From Azolla caroliniana (Eukaryota; Plantae; Polypodiophyta), in contig JBHGNT010000022.1 in the NCBI GenBank assembly GCA_043228905.1, positions 10,230,001 through 10,294,000 on the forward strand: 64,000 nucleotides of DNA. Reading direction: 5' to 3'. The translations under genes and the position numbers were made by a program. Positions 28,716-41,714 of the stretch are shown piece after piece (position 1 is the first letter of the stretch; each line of letters opens with the position of its first letter). The notes under the pieces are model-generated. The model ran no database searches. It was not told where the DNA came from and saw only the letters and a list, made by a program, of their open reading frames with translations.

Positions 28716-30578
28716 AAGGAAGCGATGACGAGAACAACGAATTATATGTAATATTAGGATAAAATCAGGTAATTAACCCAAAGAATTGAAGATTTTGAAT
28801 GGATTCTACCAAACCATGTCCAAGTTGTCCTCTTTATTGGCTAAAAGCATTGGATTACGCAAGCAATTCCATTTATAAAATAGGGTTTACAAGATTTTGG
28901 AGTATTTGATTACAATAGTGGTAAATTTCAAAAATTAAACGTGAACTTGGAACCCTAAATTTCACGAAGAATATGTAAATATGCCATGGGGAATAAAAAG
29001 AAGAAGACAAAAAAAAAAAAGAATAATCGGCAAAGATAAGTTCTTGAGTGAAACTTTAGGGGGAAATCCTCGAGTTTTGGTGTGCTCTCCCACCGATCAA
29101 CGACCACATCACCTGTTGGTGATGTTGGTCATTAATGTCCTCTTAATTCGCTAACCTAGCTTCCGCGTGTCATACTTCGGTGGCGTTTCCATGTCTTTTT
29201 GTTTTCTCCCCCCCCACCCCCCCTAAATAAGTGTTCTCTTCACTCTTTTATAGGATGAGATGAAAGAAGTTTTTTTTCCAAATAAAAGTAGGTGGTTTTT
29301 TATTTTAGCACACGTCATGTTTTTTCCTTCCTTTAATAAAGTCACAAAAATGTATTGCTGTCCACACCTTCGATTTAACTAAATTCATTCTATGCACACC
29401 CCACATCATGACTTCTACTCCCACCAAACATGCACATTCTTCGATTTGTGCCAAGTGTGGTATAGGGGCAATTACTCTTCACTTTCTTCACTTTCCTCCC
29501 TCAATGGCTCTATCATTTTGGGATGTGTATGTGTAGGAGTGGAATTGGTTCAAGTTCCATCGCACGTGGGGTATTTTAAATATGATCATTGGTTCAACAA
29601 GGGTAGGGTCCACACATCCTATCTCTTGGGGAAAAAAGGCAAAGGCTTACCATGTCATTCCCACATTTCTTGAAATTTCAACTCCTCTTCGAGAAGTAGG
29701 AACCTACCCCAACTAACTTGGAGCTTCCCTCATGTTTCGTTGGTTACAGTGTGTCCTATTCCTCTCAAGGCTCTAAGGTCTGGATCCGTTGCTACTTTTT
29801 TCATCCATTATCAACTATCTTTGGGTAGTGGAGCAACTGTAGACTTCACCTTCTCGCCCACAACCTTATATTTTGTATTGACTTTGACATCGTATGTTGC
29901 AACACTTGTATTCCTTGATGGTGGTGTATAAAGTGATAGATTTGGTCTGATTTATCTTCTTTCTAGGAAGATTCAATTCAAATAACTCTCCATTTCCCCA
30001 AGAGTGTCGTTAAACGAAATTGCTTCCATGACCCCAACTATTATCTCTTCTTCTTCTATAACCCCATTTTCGTTTAATTGTTTTTCTAAATTTCTTACTT
30101 CCATATTTTCCTTTTTAATATCCTCAAACTTGTACATCCCATTTTTAGGAAACCAAATTTTTCCTTTATTAATGAGATGACAACTTTCTGTCCTAGACTA
30201 TTGTTGTCCCTCTCCCTAATTGTCCGAATTAAAAATCATCCTTAGATTCACTCCTAAGATAGATCCCTAGGTTGAGATGTCATACTCAATCCCTTTTGCT
30301 ATTGACTTAGAAATACTCTAGTTAGATGATAATTTAGTGTAGGCTAGAATTCAGCGCTCATTAATGACCTATTTATTGTACTTATGTCAATCCACTCCTT
30401 TATGAAAGATAAAGAGGGATTTTCTATAAAAGATGCTCTTGCAACATGTTGTATGTGTTGACCATTTTTGTAATACAATATTCTATTTTTGGCTCTGTCT
30501 CTCTCATCTCCATCTCCATTTTTTGTCTTGTTGTCCTACTATGGTACACTATTTTGTTTGGTTGTTGGTTGTGTACGT

Positions 30579-33500
30579 TGTCGTGGAGGAATCCAGCCAC
30601 TAGAGGAAAAGTCCGCCGAGTGCGTGTGAGCGGGGATGTGCACATTGCACATGAAAGGTTCTTTGTATAAATAAAATGTAAATAAAGAGAACATGATTAA
30701 TAAGTACGAGCCAAGAGTAGTTAATAGGTACTAAGTTAAGATCCCACGAAAAGAGGAGCATAATGGTGAGTGATGGGAGGAAATCGTGGGAAGAATCTCT
30801 AAGAGACGCAATTGTCATTACTACCGATGTAACGACCTCTCCTTGTGCTATAAAAGGAGGGTAGGAAGATTATTTCGGGGATCCATCATTTTTGGAGGAG
30901 AAGGTGTTGCCGTTTTGTGATCTCGAGCGTTGTCAGTTTTCTGTTCTGTGCTAGTTCGGATAGATAGGTTTGAGGCCTCTACTTGCGTAGGAAGCCTGTG
31001 CGCTCTTGACCAGAGGCTCACCAGTCGGTGTGTTTTATTGAGCTCAAACCTATGTTTACCGGCCCGCAAGCCATTCTTTGTATTCTTTTCTGTTAATTAA
31101 TCACTGATTTTGCTGTATCCGGGTACTCTTCCTGTGCTCCCCGCTCTTGTCTCTCTCTATGTTGTGTCCAGTTTCACTTCTTATCTGTTGTATCTGGTTT
31201 GGAGTCGTTCTTCCATCCTCTATTCTGCGCTTTCCTACCTATTCTTGTGAGCCTATGTGCTCAACTGTTGGAATCCGGTGTTAATACCAAACCCGATACA
31301 TTTCCCTGAGCCCATGTGCTCAATATCTGGCGTTCGATGACCAAACTGGTCAACCATTGAACCTTAGGAGCCGTTCATTCTCAGGCTCCTTGGTCCGAGA
31401 CCCCGGTGGTCCCACCCAAACCGACACACTAGCCGATGTGAAAAGGGTGGCAAAGGAGTTCCAGGATGAGAGGAAGTGAGCTCGTTGAAGCAAGGGCGAT
31501 AGTTGTCGACCGCCTATTGAATGCTCGGGAGAGCTCCACTGGCCTCAACAGGGCCATAGAGAACATAGTTGGCATGAAAAGCCAATTTAATGGAAAGGAA
31601 GTCTTGAGCTATCTGGAGACCTATAGGGCCAAAATGGTCATGAGGGACATTCCCGAGGAAAGACGATTGGGCAACTTCGACAGGGTTGTAGCCCGAGCGT
31701 CCACACCGAGGTGCTTGAGATACAGGCAGTTTGTTGCAATTGGGAAGACCTCGAGTTGACGCTCCTTGGACGGAATGGTCTTGACAACTTGCACCGAATG
31801 TCAAAGAGGGAGCTTATGGAGTGGGTCGAGCTCCCTGAAAAGGGATGGAACAAGACAGTGCTCCTCCAAGAATTTGAGAAGCGGACCATGCTCAACATGA
31901 GCAAGGTCCTTCTTTTTATCAACTCGGTCAATCCACAAGACCAAGAGAAGGTCAAACTCCTCCTAGAAATGGATAAAGGCCTTACAACCGATTGGATGGT
32001 GGTAAAAAGGGTAGCTGTTTCGACAAACGGAGAGAATGGAATGATGAGAGTTCGTCATTGGTAGGCCCAGTCACGAGATGAGCAATAGGGGAGGTGCTGA
32101 CTCCGTCGGAGGAGACGAGAAAGTGGCTCGAGTCGGGCCTGGTTCCGACCAACGTGGTCGAGGGGTTGTTGGGAGGGGAGGCGCTAGAGGAACTATCAAA
32201 GATGGTGCGCGGCCTCCAGATTGCCTAGGATCGAAGGGATGGTGGGGGCCAATCGTGTGACCGGCGCTCACCTAATGGCCTGAGATGCATGTGGTGTGAC
32301 AGTGTTGACCACATCTGAAGGGATTGCGTCGACTTTGAAGAGGCATTGAGGGACATTGCCTATGGAATGGCCAGGTACATGCTCCCGAAACTCGGAGGCC
32401 CCTCGCGATAAATGCCGAACGAGGCGGCATGTAAAGGATAATGGAGGAGGCTGCGGCATGACACGTCGAGGCCATCCACTCCTCAGCCTTGGTTGGCATC
32501 CAGGTAGGAGGAGAGAAGAACACAAGCTCCTGAAATGAGACCGGATTTTGGCCGTTCATACTTGAAGGCTTCTCAGGGAAGAAGCTAAAGAAGGAGGAGG
32601 TAGATTGCGCGGAGAGGCTGGTCCGGGAGGTCACCGGATGGAGCGATCCGGTGGAGGAAAAGACTGGCTTCGTAGAAGTTGCATGCTAGAACTACGAAGT
32701 TTTGGTTGAACAGAAGCGGGTCAAGAAGGCTGAAGGGGCAAGCCCTTCAGGCAGGTGTGACACCTAGAGCTAGCCAAAAAGTGGTGAAGATAGTCCAACC
32801 AGCCCGTAGGAGAAGGAAAAGGGGAAATTTCCGAGCTTCCGGTTGAATTCAGAGATTGAGAAGTAGACCGACCTATAGAAGGTCTTAGAAGGTCTTAGAG
32901 GAGCGAATCCTCACATCGCGAGAGGTATTGTGTATTGCCAAGAAAGAGTTCCACGTCATGATCATCGACTTAGTGAAGAGAAAGTGGTTCTCGGCAGAGC
33001 CAAAGAATGCGAAGTTGGTTGATGTTAGCACGACGGTTATCGAGAGGTAGTGATGGAGGAGGAATATTCGGACAACCACTACACTAGAGCGCACTGGGCA
33101 AGGGAAACAACGAAGACTCCGGTCTAGATCAAAGATGTGAAGGAGCCGGTCGTCGCGTTGATAGACCACGGTTCATACATAAATCTAATGTCATTAGATT
33201 TCTACAAGAAAGGTAAATGGCCGATCAACACAAAGCATTGCTGGAAGATACAAGCGGCGACCCGTGTGACGGAGGAGCTTCATGGTGCGTGGTCGAATGT
33301 CTGAGTGAAGGTAGGTGATGTCGTGATCGACCAACACTTCTTCATGCAGGAATCTTCCTCACATCCAGTAATCCTGGGAGAACCATACATCACAGTGGCT
33401 CGTATGGAGACGAAGCTGCTGGACAATAGTTCCACATATGCGAGAGTGAAGAGCTAGGATGGTCGACATTCCATCTAGTTCTTGATGGTTCGGCCGAACC

Positions 33501-33695
33501 ACAAGCACAATAGAGACTCTCTCGGTAGTGAGAGCCGAGAGGATTTTTGAAGAGGGCTATCAAGGCGTGGGGCCTCGATCGTCTAGATTTGGCCGAAACC
33601 CCACACTTGTACATAGGTAGGAAATTTTGGCCCTCCGATAATGGAGGATGTAAAGTAAACAACATCAGCGGTTGGAAGAGACTACGAGTCAAGGG
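30579..33695 (+). mobile_element. Decayed 5' half of a TGTCGTG-lineage gypsy element (LTR ~30579-31426, gag-protease, start of pol), cut off by satellite
   Basis: Begins TGTCGTGGAG; PBS remnant CCGATGTGAA; gag QFNGKEVLSYLETYR and protease VALIDHGS homologous to 49889-52093; GGATTTT junction at 33541. Confidence 0.85.
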
Positions 33696-35130
33696 CCTAC
33701 GTCGTTGGCTTCGATTAAACTATTTGACCTCTGAAATCCGATATCATATGAGGACGCCATGACCTTTTTGATTCAAGTGGGCGCTCTTGTTAGCCCCTGC
33801 ATGACTTCTACCACAACTTTACATTTCCCTTCATGTCTCTTGGCTTGAATTTCAAAAATTAGATTTTATTAGCTCATATAATTTCCTACATCGTTGGCTT
33901 CGATTCAACTATTGGAACTCGGAAATCCGATATCATATGAGGACGCCATGACCTTTCTGAATCATATGGTGGCTCTTTTTTGCCCTTGCATGACTTCTAC
34001 CGCAACTTTACATTTTCCTTCATGTCTCTTGACCTACATTTCAAAACATAGATTTTATTAGATCATATCATATCCTACATCATTGGCTTCGATTTAACTA
34101 TTGGAACTCGGAAATCCAATATCATATGAGGCGGTCATGACCTTTTTGATTCATATGGTGGCTCTTGTTTGCCCCTACATGACTTCTACAAAAACATTAA
34201 ATTTTCCTTCATGTCTCTTGGCCTATATTTGTAAAGTTAGATTTTATTAGCTCATATCATAGCCTACGTTGGCTTCGCTTCAACTATTTAAACTTTGAAA
34301 TCTGATATCATATGAGGATGCCATGACCTTTTTTATTCATGTGGGCGCTCTTGTTTGCCCATGCATGACTTCTACCACAACTTTACATTTTCCTTCATGT
34401 CTCTTGGGTTGTATTTGAGAACTTAGATTTTATTAGCTAATATCATAGCCCACGTCATTGGCTTCAATTCAACTATTTAAACTCTGACATCCGATATCAT
34501 ATGAGGATGCCATGACCTTTTTGATTCATATGGTGGGTCTTGTTTGCCCCTGCATGACTTCTACCACAACTTTACATTTTCCTTCATGTCTCCTGGCTTT
34601 AATTTGAAAACTTAGATTTTATTAGCTCATATCATAGCCTACATCGTTGGCTTTGATTCAACTATTTGAACTCTAAAATCCGAGGTCATATGAGGACGCC
34701 ATGACCTTTTTGATTCATGTGGGCGCTCTTGTTTGTGCCTGATTGACTTCTACAACTTTACATTTTCCTTCATGTCTATTGGCTTTAATTTCAAAACTTA
34801 GATTTTATTAGCTCATATTGTAGCCTACGTCATTGCCTTCGATACAACTATTGGAACTCGGAAGTCCGATATTATATGAGGATGCCATGACCTTTTGATT
34901 CATGTGGGCGCTCTGGTTTGCCCTTCATTGACTTCTACCATAACTTTACATTTTCCTTCATGTCTCTTGGATTGAATTTCAAAACTCAGACTTTATTATC
35001 TCATATCATAGCCTACGTAGTTGGCTTCGATTCAACTATTTGAACTCTGAAATCCAATATCATATGACGACGCCATGACCTTTTTGATTCATGTGGGCGC
35101 TCTTGTTTGCCCCTGCATGACTTCTAGCAC
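33696..35130. repeat. Satellite array, ~188-bp monomer x ~7.6
   Basis: CCTACrTCrTTGGCTTCGATT...CATATGAGGACGCCATGACCTTTTTGATTC...TTAGATTTTATTAGCTCATAT recurs at ~33696, 33886, 34075, 34263, 34449, 34638, 34824, 35012. Confidence 0.95.
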
Positions 35131-35165
35131 CTACGTAGGCACCTAAAGGCACGACGACGCGATCT

Positions 35166-35740
35166 GTGTCACCATGGAGGCGGCTGACTCGTGCGACGAC
35201 ACCCTCGGGGAAATCAAGAACGTTCTATCAAGATTGCACTGATTGCACTAGTTCTATACTCCGGAATAACTACAGAGATTACTACTTTGATTGATAATTA
35301 CTAACGATAGACTATTCAACTTAATATGGTTAATTAGTAGATACGGTAACCAGAAGTTCGACACATACATAGAATAGTCAAGCATACAATAAGATATAGC
35401 CAACACAGTTGATAACTAACTACTAACTTATATTAAACCAAAATAGAATGATAAAATTTCAATGTGCTCGGTCCCTTTTTAGAGGTGATCCAAGAGTCTC
35501 TCTTCGAAGATTTAAACTTGCCTTGTTCTGCTATAACTATAACAAAACTATTGTAACTAATTCTATTTTTTCTACTTGGCAAAAATCATATTCTTTTTCC
35601 TTCTGTCTTTTGACTCTCACTCTTTCACATTTGTCCGACTCTGAACATTGTTGACTCTAACCCCGACTCGTTTCTAGACTTGTTTGACTCCGACCTTCTG
35701 ATCCTAGGTACCAGTGAACACTTGGCATGCCCGTGGGACT
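35166..35740 (+). mobile_element. Probable LTR plus tRNA-Arg-type PBS of another retroelement, interrupted downstream by the chromovirus
   Basis: TG...GAACA followed by CTTGGCATGCCCGTGGGAC, resembling Arg-type PBS; TGTAACTAA and CCGACTC motifs shared with solo LTR 43407-43892. Confidence 0.5.
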
Positions 35741-35885
35741 GCGCCATTCACGGTCGAACCCTACCCTTTACTCTTGATCACGGTCTTCCTCTTGTTCGAT
35801 GTCATTGTCATCCTCACTAACTTCCACATTTAAGATGTCGAACAATGTCAATTTTTTGTCGGTTTTCGTGTCGGTGTGGTCATAA

Positions 35886-35955
35886 CATGACAAGACTCGA
35901 ACCCATGACCTTATGTTACATGGGTCGAGCTCTTGACCATTAGACTATATGTTGT
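35886..35955 (-). promoter_or_regulatory. tRNA-like Pol III internal promoter (A/B box) in chromovirus 5' LTR
   Basis: Minus strand A-box TAGTCTAATGG (35947-35937), B-box GGTTCGAGTCT (35903-35893), start-to-start 44 nt as in tRNA genes. Confidence 0.7.
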
Positions 35956-36670
35956 AATGCGAAGGATATTATTTTCATTTAAGTTTTACTAGAGAAAATT
36001 GATGTATATTCCAGATTTCTCTGGAACATTCTAGAAACTACAGGAGTACTCTTGAGAACACTATAAAAGGAGGCACACGGCATTATTTCGAACCAAATCG
36101 GTTCAACGCTAGTCTTAAGCCTCCTAGCTACAATTGTATATTCCCTTAACATAATATATATCTTTTGTTATCCTTATTCTCTCTCTCTCTCTCTCTCTCA
36201 CTCACTCTTTCCTTCTCTCAAGAGTTCTACACCTCCCTTAGTACTAATCCTCATCTTGTAGTATTAATTCCTTCTCTATTTTAGTACTGCTCCTGACAGT
36301 TTGAACCAATTTTCCTCTCCTTCTCTTCCTTTATCTTCTTACTTCTCCCTCCCTTCATACTAATCTCTTATTCATCTTTTCTCTCATACTATGGCCACTG
36401 TTAGCGCTCAAGAATATCAATCCGTTTTCTCAGAGCTATAATGCTTGAAAGAGAAGTTCCTTGCTTTGGAACAAGAAAATCAACGGTTGTTAGGGAATCT
36501 TCAACAAATTTCCTCAGAAAAGCAGCAGACGCAACAACAACATAGGGAACTAGTGGTACACGTGCAACAACTCAAAGCAACCTTAGTAGTGATGCAACAA
36601 CAAGGACCCAGTACGCAAGGGATTCATAAAGAACCCAAGATCGTCCTTCCCATGAAGTTTGATGGAACGT

Positions 36671-38044
36671 TGTCGTGTGAATCTTCACACACTATGTAAA
36701 AAAATAATGAAATAATTATTATAGATTAGATTAGTAGAGTATTATAGAAAGATGGATATACTCAAGAGCTTCAAAATGTTTTTTACTATATACAAAATGG
36801 AGAAATACATATCAAGTTATGAGAAAATAAAGTTTGAGAAGATAGAGAAATTAGAACTATCCCACATAGATAGGAAAGTTAAGGCCCTGGCTATATAAAC
36901 ACCTTGAGCTCCCTCATTTTTCATTTGTGCTAAGAGCACTTTGGCCACTTTGTCTTGATGGATGATGGTGGCCAAATTCCCTAAAACTGGAAACCAGTCG
37001 GTAAGCAAATCCGGAAAACGGGGCCGGTAAGCAAATCCGGAAACCGGCTGGTATGCAAAACCGAAACCGGCCGGCAAGCAAATCGGAATCGGAACGGGTA
37101 TGCAAACCGGAAACCGGCCGGCAAGCAAAACCGGAAACCGGCCAGTAAGCAAAATTGGAACCGGTCGGCAAGCAAAACCGGAACCGGAACCGGCAAGCAA
37201 ACCGGAATCGGCCGGCAAACAAAACTGGAACCGGCCGGCAAGCAAAATCGGAACCGGAACCGACCGGCAAGCAAAACCAGAACCGAAACCGGACGGCAAG
37301 CAAAATCGGAACCGGAACTGACCGGCAAGCAAAATGGAACCGGCTACCGGACGAGGTTGGACGCGGATGGACGAAAGATTGGATCATGCAACAAACTAAA
37401 GTAAAGTGAAGAGAACTAAAGTAAAGGCCATGAGGACGCAAGCAACTAAAGAAGGAGTGCATGGAAAAAGTAAAGGTCATGTGGACAGTCACATGCAACC
37501 AAAAGAAAAAGCTAGGCAACTAAAAGTAGAGGCCATGCAACAAAAAGTGGAGGCCATGCAACAAAAAGTGGAGAGGCTATGATCAAGGGAGAACTCTATA
37601 TTTATTCCATTTTTTTCCCTACACTAGGACGAACTCTCCATATTATCTTAATTTTTTTCCTTTTCTTTGGGAGCTCTCTTATCTTAGGGAAGCCATAACT
37701 CTCATAAACCCTAAAATTCCCTACGGAAGCCATAACACTCAAAATCCCTAATCTTCCCTACGGAAGCCATAATACTCATATAACCTAATCCTAATCTTCC
37801 CTACGGAAGCCATATCTCTCAAAACCCCTAATTTTTCTTTTCTATTAATCTTAGTAAACCTAAAACTTCTAAATCCCAATCTTGGGACATATTGTAATTT
37901 CTTTTTCCTTTGTTAATGAAAATTATTAAATTTCTTCTTTCTGTTAATTGTTAAAAATATAAACGCACTAATGTGATATCTTCCGGTCGGAGGCCCCGGG
38001 GTCCTGCCTCAAAGTTCGCGTATCCTCGTCGTATTTTCGCGACA
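36671..38044 (+). mobile_element. Solo LTR of the TGTCGTG gypsy lineage inserted in chromovirus gag
   Basis: TGTCGTG...CGCGACA, ACGT 4-bp TSD; removal restores gag DGT.SQFRGFLN; 3' end resembles that of LTR 48843-49827. Confidence 0.85.
36980..37350. repeat. AACCGG/GGCAAGCAAA minisatellite inside solo LTR
   Basis: About 13 imperfect units of CCGGCAAGCAAAACCGGAA. Confidence 0.9.
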
Positions 38045-40767
38045 ACGTGATCGCAGTTTAGAGGATTCCTTAATCATGTACAATTAGTCATTCAAATGCA
38101 TCCTTCTCGATATCCCACCGATGCATCATGAGTGGGACTAGTAGACACTCTACTTAGTGGCACGTCTTTGGCATGGTTCGCCTCCTTGTTAGAAAAAAGC
38201 TCTCCCTTGTTAAATAATTTCGAAGAGTTTATTACCGAATTTAAAGCCTGTTTTGGAGATACCGACAGTGTTTGAACAACAATCAACAAAATCCGAAGAT
38301 TGCATCAAGGTGAGCGGTCGACCTCGGCTTATGCTGCGGATTTCCGTCTTCTCGCCACCGATATTCCCTGGGATGGCCAGGCACTAATGGAGCAATTTCG
38401 TTTTGGCCTACGTAATGATGTTAAAGATTTACTCTTAACTTTCTTTGAGGAGCCAAAGTCATTGACAGAAGCAATCTGTCGTGCGGTGCGATGCGATAAT
38501 CACCTCTTCGAACGACGTTCAGAATGTCAGTTCCAAATGCAACGGACAAGATCGGAGCTCACCTACGCTTCAATCGTAGCAAAGCCTTTCCCAAGGGAGT
38601 CATTCAATATGTCTCCAACAAATACTCCGACTCCAATGGAAATCGACACCACATGTCGTCGCGGACCACTATGAGAAGTAGAAAAGCAGTGACGCAGGGC
38701 AAATCGATTATGTCTTTATTGTGGTGGACCGGGGCATATTGCAGTGAACTACCCCCATCGGCCGAAAAGGCAGGTAAATCAAATAACCACTAGTACTAAT
38801 AGTACTAAACCTGAGTCTATTCCTCTAGGTGTGTCTGATAGTCCTAATAGCCCAAGCCTTTCAAACAAAGTTGAAATCCTTAGTCAACTAGAAGAAGAGT
38901 TAAACGATTAAGTCCAACCAAAATAGGAGTTGTTTGGTTGGACAACCCTAGATCTGTGCAGCCCATTAGCGGTTCCATTTCCTCTAAGCAAGTTAGTAAT
39001 GTGTTCTTAGCTCAAGTAATGGTTAGTACTAAAAGTACTCCTCCAGTACATGTTGTAAAAGAATATGTTGTGCGGAAGCGTATGCGAAACACAGAGTACA
39101 CAGTTCGGAGAACTCAGAAAACACAGAGATGGAGATGGAGATGGAGAGGAAGAGACAGAGAGAGAGAGCAGACAACTCAGTTCTATTTCAAAATAATGAC
39201 ACTCTGTACATAAAACGTGCTCAACAACACTATTTATACAAGTCCTAAGAGGACTAACAGAAGTAACGTGTACTTCAATGCTCATACGAGCGTCTGACAC
39301 TAACTACGAGACTATTAACTACCTAGTAGTCTAGGCTGCTACTAGGCTTTCGATTATTGCTTGATCCGGCTAACCGGCTCCCCAGCTCACCGGCTCACCG
39401 ATCCAACTCATCCTTCCGGATGCTGATCCGGCTCAGGCTTATTCAACCGATCCAGATCTGGTTGAGCTTGCCGCTCAACACTCCCCCTCAAGCTCAACTT
39501 GAGGTCGGATCGTAGTGTCAGTCTCCATGGCAGTCGGTCCTTCCACCCGGCTCCTTCTGGCGTCACTCCGCCTTGCTCACGCTCCTCGTCCGGTCCGGTC
39601 CCATTTGCCGCAACCCATCTGTTTCTGTGCACCTCGACCTCGTCGGTCGGCTTGTCTGCTCAACAGGCCCAATTCAGCTCCCTCGCTGATGTGACTTCGG
39701 CACTTGCCGATTCGCCGATTCCTTAGTGTTGGCGTCGACTTTCGCTGCCTTCTCGTCCTCTTGGCCTTGAATTGATCCAGTTCTTCTGAATCCGTCTATT
39801 GAACCGAATCAGCTGTTTCCGATTTGTTCCAGCTCTTGTCTGAATTGGTTGCTCCCGATTCGTCTTCCGGTTCCAGGTCCTTCACCACATCGGACCATGT
39901 TTGGGTCTTGGCCTTCTTCTTCCGATCGGCTCTGTCCTTCTTGACTCTACTGCCGTTGCCGCTTGTTTCGACTTGTTCGGATGTGTCAACTTCCTTTGTC
40001 GACTCGGTTCCTTTCTTCTTCTTGTCTCTCCCTTTGTCAGTTCTTCCCTCACTGGCGCAATCGGTAGTCTCTTTGCCTTTGCCCATTCTGGTGTCTTTGC
40101 CCGTTCTCCCCCTCAAGTGTGGCACGTCGAGATGCTGAACACCAAGCATTTCGGTGAAGTGCTGCAACTTGTCTGATCAGAGTGGTTTGGTGAAGATGTT
40201 AGCAACTTGCCGATCCGTATGAACATATTGAAGTTCGACTTCACCGCTCAGGACATGCTCACACACGAAGTGGTAGTGCACTTCTATGTGCTTTGTGCGA
40301 GTATGGAATACGGGGTTCTTGGCGAGCTGCATGCTGCTTATGTTGTCGCAATAGATCAGGATCATGGTCGGCACCTCGATTTGCAGGTCTTGCAGCAATC
40401 GCTGAAGCCAAATGGCTTCACCGATATTCAGTCTCAATGCTCGAAAGGGCCATTGTTAGCTGCTTTTTGCTGCTCCACACAACAACAACGCTACCAAGGG
40501 AAAACATATAGCCGGAGGTCGATCGACGATCCGATGCATCGCCGGCCCAGTCGACATCGGTGTAGCCGACTAGCTCTTCGGTTATACCATGCCGGTATAA
40601 CAGTCCCCGGTCCTTTGTGCCGCTCACATAGTGCAAAATTCGATGTGCGCATAGAAGGTGCTCCATGGTCGGCTTCTGCATATATTGGCTGATCACGCCG
40701 ACCGGATAATTGATGTCAAGTCGGGTGATTGTCAAAGATATAAGGCTTCCGACAATTTTTTGGAACA

Positions 40768-41665
40768 TGTAATTTAATCTGTCATCAAATTACATATTTA
40801 TAACATCCCATTGCCAATTTCTTCAAATCGCCTATAAACAACTAAGCTCTTGCTGGTTAGTGGAACTGACGGGAACTCAACGCTCCTTATCCGCAACGCT
40901 CTGCCACAACCGAGCTTAGAATCATACACAGAAAATGGGAAATAATAAACGACACAAAGAAGAGAAGAGTACACAAGAGGTTTACGTGGAAAACCCCAAA
41001 CTAGGGAAAAACCACGGCAGCCCACAGGTTGCAAACTATCACTATGTAAGAATGTACAACAGTGAGTTCACGGAGGCAACGACCTCGTGCTCACAATATT
41101 CGCCACAGGCGGCGGTTACAACTGAGACAGCGACCTCTATCTCTCTCTCTCTCTCTATGTACACTATTACGCGCACTAATCTCGTGCAAAACAAGAATGA
41201 CAACAACAACTAAAAGTTTGCCCTAAGTCATTTTTATACTAATATGACATTTCGGCTATTTACAAATATAGCCATGATGGACTCTCAGAAAACATATTTA
41301 CGAATATGTCTCTTCATCCGGTTCTCACCGGGTCTGCACCATCCAACTCTCCGTAGCCGAGTACTCCTCATCCGGTTCTCACCGGGTCTGTACCATCCGG
41401 CTCTCCGTAGCCGGGTACTCCTCATCCGGTCTTCACCGGGTCTGTATCATCCGACTCTCCGTAGCCGGGTACTCCTCATCTGATCTTCACCGGGTCTGTA
41501 CCATCCGGCTCTCCGTAGCCGGGTACTCCTCATCCGGTCTTCACCGGGTCTGTATCATCCGACTCTTTGTAGCCGGGTACTCGTCATCTGGATTCGGCCT
41601 CGGCCGAGTTTGTTCATCGGCACTGTTCTTCTCCCTTCCCATCCAGAGGGACCTGTCTCCCAACA
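40768..41665 (-). mobile_element. Solo copia LTR with five 54-bp tandem repeats (41315-41590)
   Basis: Reverse complement begins TGTTGGGAGACAGGTCCCTCTGGATGG like the LTR at 344; GGAAC on both flanks (1-nt ambiguity at left end). Confidence 0.8.
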
Positions 41666-41714
41666 GGAACTTCTCTACATATATGATCTGCATACCGAGC
41701 TCGGTATGGAGTCC

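Noticed and set aside
29102-29130. Hairpin GACCACATCACC-TGTT-GGTGATGTTGGTC
   Set aside because: Short, isolated and imperfect; no supporting miRNA or transposon-end context
36817-37519. Overlapping ORFs with FACRPVPV repeats
   Set aside because: Artefacts of a stop-free AACCGG minisatellite within a solo LTR
41315-41590. CRISPR-like array
   Set aside because: Head-to-tail 54-bp repeats with no unique spacers, inside a eukaryotic LTR
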